NCBI RefSeq assembly: GCF_035084215.1
Contig: NC_090328.1
Location: forward strand, 93,930,001-93,994,000
Direction of reading: 5' to 3'
DNA length: 64,000 nt
Source of the DNA: Heptranchias perlo
Taxonomy: Eukaryota
Shown: piece after piece, positions 26,560 to 37,900 of the stretch
How the letters are laid out: the number at the start of each line of letters is the position of its first letter
Numbering within the stretch: the first letter of the stretch is position 1
Translations under genes and position numbers: made by a program
The notes under the pieces: generated by a model
What the model was told of the DNA's origin: nothing
The model's database searches: none
What the model saw: the letters and a program-made list of their open reading frames with translations, nothing else

Positions 26560-26715
26560 GCCATTAATTTCCACGGGGGTTCTCCCAATTGTCTACTCTA
26601 ACTAAGGTGGAAGATCCACGGATACCCCGGAGACACCGTTTCTCTGGGGTTTCCACGGATATTCCATCTTAGTTACTGTGGACGATCGGGAGAATCCCAG
26701 CGGAAATTTAAGCCC
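26560..26715. mobile_element. Palindromic MITE family P
   Basis: taactaaggtggaagatccacggataccccggaga pairs with tctctggggtttccacggatattccatcttagtta; outer aatttcc pairs with ggaaatt. Confidence 0.75.
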
Positions 26716-27022
26716 ATTCTTTTCAAATCCACTTGTGGTGTCACTACACACAGGGACCAGAGCGATCCTTCATCCATTGTACTTCATAAATATGCTAGAG
26801 AGGAAAAATTGCTCTCTGAGCTAACACATGCTAAGTATTGATTACTGTATATTAATTTGTACATTAGCACTAATGGAGCATTAGCCCATACTCCTGAAAT
26901 TTCTCTGGGGAGTTATCAGAATTCATGCACAGCCCTAGTACTAAATATTTTAGGATTGTTAAGCACCAGCTAAAGGTGATTGTGAAAAATTGTTCATGCT
27001 TTCCTGCGGTCCTAAATTTCAT

Positions 27023-27620
27023 GTGGCGATTTTCAAGCAGCATCAAAAATGGGCATGAAATCAGTAGAGCAGTAGCTCTGCCTGTCCATTTACGCAGCCC
27101 GAGCCAGTGGGAAATCGGCCAGCTCCCATGCTGAGCTTGACAGCAGGAAGGCGTGAGGGGGGAGGCGATTCAGGAGGGGCCTTGAATTGGCCAGCAGCGT
27201 GCCAGAGTTTTCTTGGGGCCCAAAATGAGCACTCCTGCTCCTCCTGGGCCCACAAAAAGAAATAATTAAACGCTTCCTTGGCTATTTTCTGAGCAGTCTC
27301 CAGCAGTACTTTTAAGAAAGCTGGTAATGCCGCCTCTGCCTGGTACAAATGGGCAGAGCATTCGCTGCGCACGCTCTGCCTATTTGCACCGGAAAATGGA
27401 AATTGATGTCCTACAGCCAGCATGTGACCTTGATTTGCATATTTAAGCCGCCTCCCATCTGTTTCAGGCAGATGGGGTGCTTGCCATTTACAGGCCTACC
27501 TGAAAACTACATCAGGTGGGCCTTAGGTATTAATGAGACAGCCAAAGAGCCCCTCCCCACCAATTCTCAATTGCTGTTTCTCAGGAGAGAAATGGGCAGC
27601 CGGTAGATGAAAATTGCCCC
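27023..27620. mobile_element. Harbinger-type MITE (related to 14941-15458)
   Basis: Ends gtggcgattttca and tgaaaattgcccc. Shares internal tgatttgcatatt and the cctgaaacag motif (reverse-complemented here) with 14941-15458. Confidence 0.55.
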
Positions 27621-27625
27621 TTATG

Positions 27626-28325
27626 GGGTAGAAATTGGACATCGATGCGCCCGTTTTTCAGGCATGACATTGGCCAAACGGGGTCTAAAGTCGGATCATG
27701 ATCTCCCACACACGATGGACCCCAGAAGTCCACCTCACGCAAAATTGAAACTGGCGACTTTTAGTCACCCATTGTGCCTGCCTGAAACAGGTAGCAGGCT
27801 AATTTGGACATTCAAATTGGGGTCCTAAGCTGGTTTTAGGACCCTGTGCAATTGGACAGCTACTAGACAGAGTTTGTGCCATGTAAGCTTCAACAAGTTC
27901 TTCTGGGTGTAGAGCACCTTGGTATGTTTTCCTATGTTAAAGGCGCTATGTAAATTCAAGTTGTTGTTGTTGTTGTTGTGCAGCTTAACCAGCGGTCCTT
28001 AAAGGGACCGCTGAAGAAAGGCACAAAAACGTTTACAATGTTTATATTTGTGCTCATCCTGGCTTCACAAAATAACCATAAATCACTGCTGGCCTGGGCT
28101 CGTCACCTCTTCACTCCACTTCCCCCCACCCCCCTCGCAGGAACCATCTGATGTCTGCAGGCATCACAGCTGGCCCACATTGCTGCTGTTGGTACAGCTT
28201 GGCACTCTCAGCTCTCCAATTAAATGCAGATGAGGCCTGATGCCAAATTTGGCACAGGACAGGCGCACAGAGCGATCGCTCTGCTGACTTGCCGCCTGTT
28301 TCAGGCGCATGTCTAATTTCTACCC
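27626..28325. mobile_element. Harbinger-type MITE containing an L2-type 3' tail (about 27880-27978)
   Basis: TIRs gggtagaaattggacat and atgtctaatttctaccc. The nested tail reads tatgttaaaggcgctatgtaaattcaag(ttg)n. Confidence 0.75.
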
Positions 28326-28569
28326 ACATGAGTCTACACTAGATATTCTCTTGGGTTCGGTATTACTGGTCATTCCTGTAAGAGGACCTCATGTCCTCTA
28401 CGATCTGGAGAATAGTAAAAGTCTACACCATCCAATCCACATCAACTCAATGACTTATAATAAGATGGTATTTAGTCAGTGGAGAGAATTAACAGAGGCC
28501 CAATATGGAGCAGAACTGAAGACGCTCAACTCTTTCAGTCCACACAACAGTACAGTTGCATCAACAAGT

Positions 28570-28725
28570 CTTCCTATGTTGGAAAAGGAGAAGAGAAGAG
28601 AAAGGCCAGGGAGGTCTAAGGCTGTTGGAGGAGCTACTAAGACCTGCTACTACCTAAGGCAGTATATCTACTGGAAATGAAAGCTTCCTTGACCTCACCG
28701 AGGAGCAATCTGTGAGAGGGTACCT
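28570..28725 (+). pseudogene. Harbinger transposase N-terminal fragment
   Basis: Reads YYLRQYIYW...SFLDLTEEQSVR, compared with HYPRQRLYRPRLSFLDLSEEQC in copy 1. Confidence 0.6.
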
Positions 28726-28726
28726 A

Positions 28727-29030
28727 ACAACAGCATGTACTTAGATAGTACTTTTTATGTGGCACGCAATAAATGCCTTACAGAAAAGAGAAAACCAAGC
28801 AGTGAGAAAAGAGGGAGAGAAATGTGGTTAGAGAGAGGGTGTAAAAGCAAAGTCAAACAGGCTTGAAGGTGGAAGACAATGGCAAGGTGGGGAGAATTCC
28901 AGCAGGTAGGGGCATAGTGTTGGAAGGAATGGCTGTTAATTGTGGAGCAGAGCTGGAGTTGTAGACCAGTCGGGGTAGCAGAAGGTGCGTGCAAGGATGT
29001 ACAGCTGGAGATCACAGAGGAAGCCGTTGA
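28727..29030 (-). mobile_element. Old L2 LINE 3' fragment
   Basis: aacaacagcatgtacttagatagtactttt tail and a purine-rich body similar to 60701-61000. Confidence 0.5.
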
Positions 29031-30079
29031 TGAATTAGGCCATTTCCTGGAACCAAACCTGAAACCATGAAACAACAGCAACACTATACTGACAGTATCA
29101 GTAAAAGTGATAATATTCAACTTTTTTCCACAGGCTCCTTTCAGGCAACAGCAGGAGTTGGTAAGCATCAGCCAGCTGGCACTGCACTGCTGCATAACCA
29201 AGGTCACAGATGTTCTATTTCGATGAGCTGCTGACTACATTAAATTCAGCACTGGGGTGCAGTAATAGCAAGAAGGGCACAGAGGGTTTCTTCTTGAAAA
29301 CATAACTTTTGATAGAGAACAATAATTACAAGGTTTTTGGTGATTTGATGTGTCTTTTTGTCTAATGAAAATGTTCTGTGTTTAACACGAAGTGCTGCTG
29401 CACTTCCCTTTTTTTTGTTACCTGTACAAATGTGTTCTTTTCTGTTCTCCTATTCCTCTTGTGATGTGCTACTGGAAGGAGTAGGTCCCCTGGGTTCCTG
29501 AGAGGTCTGCTGATGACTTACTTCTAATTCAGCTGGTTGCCTGCCTTGAAGTGTTGCAGAAGTTACGGGAGACAGGGGTGAAGGTGTGCGTGCATATGGG
29601 GTGTTTCTTAATAACCTAAACAGTGGGATCCAAACCAGGTCTTTGACTTTACTAATGTCTGAATTTTTGAACACTGACATCTACCTAATTGATAAAATAG
29701 CTTTATATAGAAATATGTTTTTAAGTTTTTATAATGAGAAAAGTGAAGCTCTTGATTCTAGGTCCTAGACATTCGATTAGGATAAACAGGCGCTGAAGGG
29801 TCCAATATGGTATGCGGTGTGGACGCACACTGTCCGCACCAGAAGTGCCATATTGGTTAGGGCGCCTGTAGTCATCCAGGATGCCCACCTGAAACCGGTT
29901 AGACCCATTGCCAATGCTCAATGAGGGCCTAACGCCTGCTTCAGACCCCTTTGCCAAATTCGATCATGACTGACCGCAGTTTTCTCGGACGCACAGCAGT
30001 CAAGCCAACGGTCCGTAAAAAGACTGCTGAAGGCTGCCACCAAAAAGGTAATATGGGTTATCGGCCTTGAAATTACTCT

Positions 30080-30120
30080 ATGCAAATATTAGCATGCAAA
30101 TATTAGCATACAAATGTTTA
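30080..30120 (+). repeat. 14-bp tandem repeat x2.9 containing two octamer (ATGCAAAT) motifs
   Basis: atgcaaatattagc atgcaaatattagc atacaaatgttta. Confidence 0.8.
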
Positions 30121-30934
30121 ACGCATGGGTCTCAGATTTCTTTGTCTGCTATTTTAATAGAGGCACTAGCCTGTTTAAAATAAACAAGTAAACACCTCTG
30201 TTAAATAACTAGTTACCCAGTACTTATGAATACATTAAGCTTTTGTGTGCTAATAATTTATAACATTTTTGGAATATAATCTTTAGTCTGCGTTTTATGT
30301 TGGTACTTTGAAGTTTAGAGACATCAAACTAATCCCTTTCCTCATCCCACTTCCCAACAAGACAGACCATTTTCCGCTGCATACTTTAACAAAGCTGTGC
30401 AGTATATTAATTATTGGATAATACACGGGATGGAGTATTTTACAGGCAGCAACATATCAAAAGGGTTCTGTTAACATTATAAACCATGAGCAAAGCTGAA
30501 GATGATTAACAATATCATCTGAATCCTGGGATGTATGTGTTACTCTTACAAATTCAGGTCCACTACAAGTACCTTCTTGGGTTCACTGGTATCAACCTTT
30601 TCTATGAGCAGTCTAATTGTCTTACCTTTTTGGGATGCCTCACATTGCTCTATATTTACTTACACGATAACCTGGGCGTGTGTAACAATATTATACGCTT
30701 GTCGCCTGGACTGATATTTCTGTCTCTTGCATGTGTATTACTTCAACCTCTCCAAAGGCGGGCTGAGCACTTGGCGATACGAGACTTGATACAAATTGTT
30801 AAGCTGCTTTATTTCACAGCAAGTGAACATAAAGAGCAACAGCTATGATCAGATGTTCAACCGGCTCAACTTATCCTGTTGTACTAATACAAACATAACA
30901 AATATTCTACATTTCCCAACATCAATGTCATCTT

Positions 30935-31155
30935 ACATAGAATTACATAGAATTTTACAGCACAGAAACAGGCCATTTGGCCCAACAGGTCTATGCCAGT
31001 GTTTATGCTCCACACGAGCCTCTTCCCACCGTACTTCGTCTCACACTATCAGTGTATCTTTCTATTCCTTCCTCCCTCATATACTTACCTAGCTTCCTCT
31101 TAAATGCATCTATGCTAATCGCCTTAACCACTCCATGTTGTAGCGAGTTCCACAT
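30935..31155 (-). mobile_element. CR1 3' terminal fragment
   Basis: Tail (acatagaatt)x2 followed by a CR1 3' UTR. Confidence 0.85.
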
Positions 31156-31959
31156 TAGTGACACCCCTGTACAATGGATGTAAGTTGTTTATCAATCACC
31201 AAGACAGCTAATGAAATGCTCATTATTTACAATCTGAGGAAACATCAAAGGCATCTTAACTACCTATCATCTCGCACCCAATTTTTAGCCTGTATGAATA
31301 CACAATGCTTTGAAACACAAGATTTAACTCAAAATCCTTTCTGTGGAAAAACTAGTCAAAGTATCCCAAAACGTGACTGTCACATTCTTGAAACACATTT
31401 CCACCTGTGTTGTTCCATAAAATATATAAATGGGAAGGTCAATTCCATTTTCTGCGATCTGTTTTTTTGTTTGTTTTTGCTGCTAGCAGGTGTCATTGTG
31501 GACAGTAACGGTCATCTGGCTGTCATAGCTGAGCTGTGATTTGAACTGAATTGCTTTTGTACGTGTGTGTTATACTTTCATAATTGAATTGCTACAAGGG
31601 ATTAGCATGTCCTATCCTATACCAATCAATTTTGCCCAAAAATGGCTTTAAATTGGGTGAAACCAACTGAAGATACTTCTTCACACAATTTCCTGGCATT
31701 CCCACTAAATGCCACTATTTCATCAACCTGCTCACATAAAATGGGCATCCAGGTTGCTAGGGCCTGACAGACGTGCTTTTAAAGATCTCTGCCTGAAAAC
31801 TGTAAGGACAGTTGGTGCCCCATTTTGTTTTATCTTGTTGTCACTTATCTGTTCAGGTACCTTAGTGGCAACTGTTGGGCAATGCCATTTTTGCCCAACC
31901 TTGTTAATAGTACTACAATGAATCCCCTATACTTGGTGTGTTTTGGAGGAAAAAGACGA

Positions 31960-33030
31960 TGGCCATCAGAAGTTTGCAAGACAGGTCAAAATGCACCAGA
32001 ACTCTGCACCCATCTATCAGCATGCTTGCACCTGCATTTACAGACTGAGAAGCACAAACCTCCAAATGTCAGAAGAGTAATGCATGTGCAGGTTGCAATT
32101 CACAAGGAAGACTGTGACTGAGTTGTCCCACATGCTACAAAGTTACCTGCAGCCAAATGCATCCACCAGCATAACACTGCCAGTGGCTCTGAAGTTCATA
32201 ATAGCCCTTAACTTTGGATCGACCCAAGTTACCTCTGCAGACATCGCCCACATTAATTAATCCTCAGTATATGGATGTGCAAAGCAAATGACTGATTCCT
32301 TGTTTGCACAAGCAAGCAATTTCACTATCTTCCCCATTGACAACGCAGCAGCAGCACAAGAGAGGTGTACAATTTTATGGAATGGTAAGATTCCTAAAAG
32401 TTCAGAGGATTATAGATTACACCCATGTGTGTCCCTATGTGCTCCATTACATAATGCATTACCTACATGTAACAGAAAGATTCCACTCTTTGAAAGTTCC
32501 ACACATTTGCAGTCATCAGCACTGAATTATGCAAGTCAATACTTGTTTTCCAAGCAGCTGTTATGCTTTCATTCTAAGGCCATTTATGGTCCTACCAATA
32601 TTTGATTTACAAAGGCAAGTCTCAAGGTGGTGTCTGGGTGATCAAGGCTACCCTCTGAAGCCATGGCTTATGACACCACTGTAGTGCTCCAGGATACCAA
32701 TTGAACAAAGGTATAATGAGGTGCTCGCATCCACCTGAGTAATCATCAAGCACACCATTGGAATATCGAAGCAGTGCTTCAGGTGCCTGGAAAGACCTGG
32801 TAGCATCCTGCAATACAGCCCGGCTAATGTTTCAAGGATTGTGGTGCTGTACTATATGCTGCACAACTTCACTCTACACCAATAAGGCTCTGGAGGAGAT
32901 AGGCACCCAGGTACAGCAAGGGCATCACCAAGAGACACAGAAGAAGCTCGAAGAGTCTGGAGAAGAAAACCTGATGCCAGCTGTAAGTGCTTTTTGGCAG
33001 GCTCCCATACAGGAGATCTTATCTTAACTT
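31960..33030 (+). pseudogene. Older Harbinger transposase, heavily decayed
   Basis: LPVALKFIIALNF at 32177, WCLGDQGYPLKPWLMTP at about 32628-32678, EQRYNEV...IIKHTIGI.KQCFRCLE, CTICCT/LHNF and an acidic tail. Confidence 0.8.
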
Positions 33031-33133
33031 GGAAATGTGCCCACTTCAGCAACAGTCCTACCTACATCTTTCTCATGCCCTCCACCAATACACTTCCATT
33101 GACAATGCCTTAAATCTTCTACACAACTCTAAT

Positions 33134-33937
33134 GTGGGGAAATGTGAGGTTATTCACTTTGGTAGGAAGAATAGAAAAACAAAATATTTTTTAAATGGTG
33201 AGAAACTATTAAATGTTGATGTTGAGAGAGATTTGGGTGTCCTTGTACACAAATCACAGAAAGTTAACATGCAGGTACAGCAAGCAATTAGGAAGGCAAA
33301 TGGTATATTAGCCTTGCAAGGGGGTTGGAGTACAAGAGTAAGGACGTCTTGCTACAACTGTACAGGGCTTTAGTGAGACCACACCTGGAGTACTGTGTAC
33401 AGTTTTGATCTCCTTACCAAAGCAATGATATATTTGCCTTAGAGGCAGTCCAACGAAGGTTCACTAGATTGATTCCTGGGATGAGAGGGTTATCCTAATG
33501 AGGAGAGATTGAGTAGAATGGGCTATATTCTCTAGAGTTTAGAAGAATGAGAGGTGATCTCATTGAAAAGTATAAAATTCTTAGAGGGCTTGACAGGGTA
33601 GATGCTGAGAGGTTGTTTCCCCTGGTTGGAGAGCCTTGAACTAGGGGGCATAGTCTCAGGATAAGGGTTCGGCCATTTAGGACTGAGATAAGGAGGAATT
33701 TCTTCACTCAGAGGGTGGTGATTCTTTGGAATTCTCTACCCCAGAGGGCTGTGGATGCTCAGTCATTGAGTATATTCAAGGCTGAGATCAATAGATTTTT
33801 GGACTCCAGGGGAATCAAGGGATTATGGGGATCGGGCAGGAAAGTGGAGTTGAGGTCGAAGATCAACCATGATCTTTTGAATGGCGGAGCAGGCTCGAGG
33901 GGGCCTTATGGCCTACTCCTGCTCCTATTTCTTATGT
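33134..33937 (+). mobile_element. CR1 LINE 3' fragment inserted in the old Harbinger
   Basis: Reads KCEVIHFGRKN...RDLGVLV. Apparent TSD aactctaat (33125-33133) and aactccaat (33938-33946). Confidence 0.92.
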
Positions 33938-34096
33938 AACTCCAATCTCCCATTCTTGCCACCTGATGAAACATGCTTACAAGCCTTTGCACAAAACAAC
34001 TTCAATACAATCAGGTTTTTAATAACCACAAGTATCATGTTAGGGTGCCGTGTTTTCTTCCACAGTGCTTGCCTTGGTGACGGTGTGTGATGTTCA

Positions 34097-34919
34097 TGCT
34101 CTTAAGAAGACTAGCCTTGTGCTCTGTTGTTACAAATTCGAGTCTACCTTGTCGAGCTCAGTGGAGTCAGTCATTCTCGTAAGCGATCGGAGCCTCTTAC
34201 AATTTTTATGGAGTTGATTTACACTGTCCTATAATCTACTAGTGCAATAGCACGACCCAGGGATGTAACAATACTCCGCTTTGACCTGAACCGTATATTT
34301 GTGTATTTTATACATGTACTTTCTTCAATCTCTTCAAAGGTGGACCAAGCAAACACTTGGTGATGTGAACCTTGATATGGATTGGTAAGCTACTTTATTT
34401 CATAGTGATAGAACGTACGTAGCAACAGTCCTGATCAAATTTACTTAATTCAATCGGTACAACTTATCTTCGCATAATGATACAAAATAAAGAACACAAC
34501 ACACTATTGCATATCAATGGGTCATCTTGCTTGAGGTAAACAGGACATCTTCTAGCTATCCTCCAGCATTTCTAATCTCTTTGGCTCCGAAAAGGCCTTC
34601 TCAGTTTCGCTTCAGGAAACCTGACTGCCCTCGGAGCCATCTTGTTTCAAAAGCTTTCCTCTTCGCAGACAGACAGAGATCAATTGGCTGTTCAACACAA
34701 TGTGTGTGAGGTGTTTTCTGATTACCTAGACAAGCTAGCCAATTGCTTATTGTTTAGACTCTGAGGAAAACAACTTCCATTTAGCACATTAACCAGCTTT
34801 TGTCTAGAAGCCTTTTTAAACTTGGATTACACTTTGCTTAAAAAAAACACCATTTAAAAGTAACCCTTATTTTCAAACGTTTTCTGTGGAAAACTGCTCA
34901 AAAATCCTGAAATGCAACA
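34097..34919 (-). mobile_element. Solo LTR (823 bp)
   Basis: TG...CA termini with an exact 4-bp TSD TTCA (34093-34096 and 34920-34923). An AATAAA on the minus strand near 34394 gives a tentative orientation. Confidence 0.75.
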
Positions 34920-37900
34920 TTCATCTATATGCTACCTCCGTGGCAGGATTAACGCGAGTTAGCCGCCTGCTGTGTTTGAATAAGAACCTTTTGGGATTGA
35001 AGTGGCCCTCACGCCCTGCAGCTAAGTCCTGAGATGGACAGCTGCAGAATCCAGTACTTCCATAACTGCATAGGCAGCCTGGCCCTGCACACACACTGCC
35101 ACATCAGAGGAGCCTGGCAGGAGAGTCGAGATGTGTTGCCATCTTGAGAGACAGGACCATCATTTGTATCCATTTCAGCCATGCCTCTGCTGCTGGGTAC
35201 AGCCTCACAATGATCAGCCACCGATCAGTAAGACAGCAGAACTAATGGCACGAATGTGCTGGTCAGGCTGGTGTGCAATCAGAAAATCTAGATGCCTTTG
35301 TATATAATGTAGAGGATATTGCACTGATAACAGTATAATACAAAATCTATTTCACAAGTGCAAAAGACCCACAATTCACAAATACCATAGTAGTGATGTT
35401 AGTATGAGGTTTTTCTCACAACTTTGATGAGCACAGTAATATACTGGTGCAACATTCAATTTATTACATATCCTTTTGTAATTTTAATTAAGCCTGACAA
35501 CACTTTAAAATGTTTTGAGTATTAGCTCTTAAATGTAATAATAATGTCAGATTCCCATTGTGGGTTCAGATCTTTCCCGTTTGTGCACCTTTGCTAATTT
35601 GTGGAATCATTGTGTGGAAGGATGCTCAGATTTATGCATATCTTCAATAGTTGTGGAGAGTCGGCGTACAACAGGGGCTGTGACTATTATTTTCACACCT
35701 GTGTGCTATCACTCAAGTTTCCACTGGTGCAGAAGAACCATCATGTGGATTTTTAAAATAACCCTAATGGGTGTGTAATAAATAGACCTAAGGAATGCAG
35801 CACTGACTGGTTTGCAGGTTAAAAGTTTTCTGTGGCATACATTGTGTAGCATGTTCTCTAGTGGAAGGCAGCAGTGGAGACATGCTCTTGCACGATCTAT
35901 GTACATTAAATCTCAGTTAACATAAATCTACAGCTTTGAATCTAGTTTCACAGTCTTGGCCCTGAGATAGTATGGGTTGAAATTACGGTATATAATTACC
36001 CAGTCTATTGGTAATGTTTTAAAAATGCTCTGGGATCTTTACATCATGTCTAATTGTTACATAGGTAATCTACATACTTTGCCTAAATACAAAGTTTGAG
36101 AAAACACATTAAAAGCAGTTGTTCATGGCGGAGAGTAAAAGATCCACCTTGCAGCATCTGTGTTCCTTTATTAATGTATCTATAAAAGAAGCACCATATG
36201 CAGAGACATCACATTTATGAAGAAAGCACATGTCAGCTTGTGAAGTGGGCAGATTTATTTGCTGCAGAGACTATACTGATGGGCAATGTGCCACCAAATT
36301 TCAGTACAATATACAAAGCCTAATATGACACTTTTGTTGTCATTATCTTGCCATATCTTTTTATTTCCATTCTGTCTTGAGTTTTTATGGCATTCATACA
36401 AGACGTTTGCACCATAAACCATGTTGAAAAAAATTTCTCAACTTGTCAAAGAAGGTTCATACTGCTGCTTTCTCTGCAGGTTATCTAGCCTAGGGTTATA
36501 CTCTTGGAGAGCGTAAATGTGAATAGCAATCCATGGAGCTCTTGTGAATAAAGCGTTCAGTCGCATTGATTAAGAAATTAACTTGTTTCTTTTATGTTAA
36601 CAAATACCGGAAAAGTTCCCATTCTGACTATCAACATAAAGAACCATTCTGATGACATCTGAATTAAGTCATGAAGGAAAAGTGGAAAGAAAGATATCCA
36701 GAGAATATAAAAAAAAAGAGAAGTGTTTGACTAAATAATGGATTGTCATTTAACATAAGGAAACCCCGAACTGGGCCTGATATAAAAATAAAATATTGAT
36801 CCCTATAAGTGACCCCCGTTTATGCAGCCTCTAAAAGTTGAGGCTTTTATTGAAAAACTCAAAGGAGCAAAACCCAGAGTACAAGACATTGCCAAAGTTG
36901 AAAAGAGCAATACAGAAGAGATAAATTGTGAAGTAATGGTTAGGTGATTCCTGTAGATGGTGGGAGGATCAGAAAATCTAGGAAGATGAAGATTTCCAAC
37001 AGTTTTGATATCCTGGTTTTAATTTTGATATTTTTTGAGGTTTTTTCTAGCAGCTGGAGAATGTGGTGTGTCTACTGTATAAACCCATATCATGCTCTTG
37101 ACAGCATGGTACACTTTAGCTCATTTTAGGATTTACTAATTCGTTTCCTGTAGGTATTAAGGCAAATTCAATGAGGTTGGACTCCAGGAGCGCAAAGGAG
37201 ATGTGGGCTATAATGTTATGGCCCAAGCTCCAACTTGCTCTTTGTCTACTGAAGCTTTGCTCTGAGAGTGGAGTCTCACTTAATTTGCCCTATAAATTCA
37301 TAGGTTATGGTCAATGAGTACACAACCAAAGGTTTCCCAGGACATCATAAACTACAATAGCAAAGTGTGAACTGATTATAAAGTTCTATAAATGTGATTT
37401 ATGGAAGTACCTTGTACCACTCACTCCTGTTTGTTATTTTGCATTTATATTCTATATCTTCCTGTATTGACTGTACCAGTAAAAGTCAGGCATTACTATA
37501 GTAGCAATCACATGGTGTTATACTCTCACCTACATCATTCTGATCAACTTCCGCATAGCAATTGAACAGCATTAATATGTAACTTTTAAATCCAAAACTG
37601 TTCTAAACAGTTAGAAATGTAAAATTGTGCACGTTCTAAATGATAAGCCATCTGACGTAAGGTACAAGGCAGTAATTGAATCTCAAAGGTTCTGGCAATC
37701 TTATGAACTGCCACTGCAAAGCTTGAGATGTTTATATCATCTGAACACTTTGCATTGCTGCCCTTTAACCCAATACAAGTCATTATCAAGCATACATTAG
37801 TGAAAATTATTTTTACATTTTGTTGTAATCATTGTGATATAAACATGAAATTTTATTTTTAACATTTATTAATCATGCATGTTAGTGGGTTAAAGTCATT

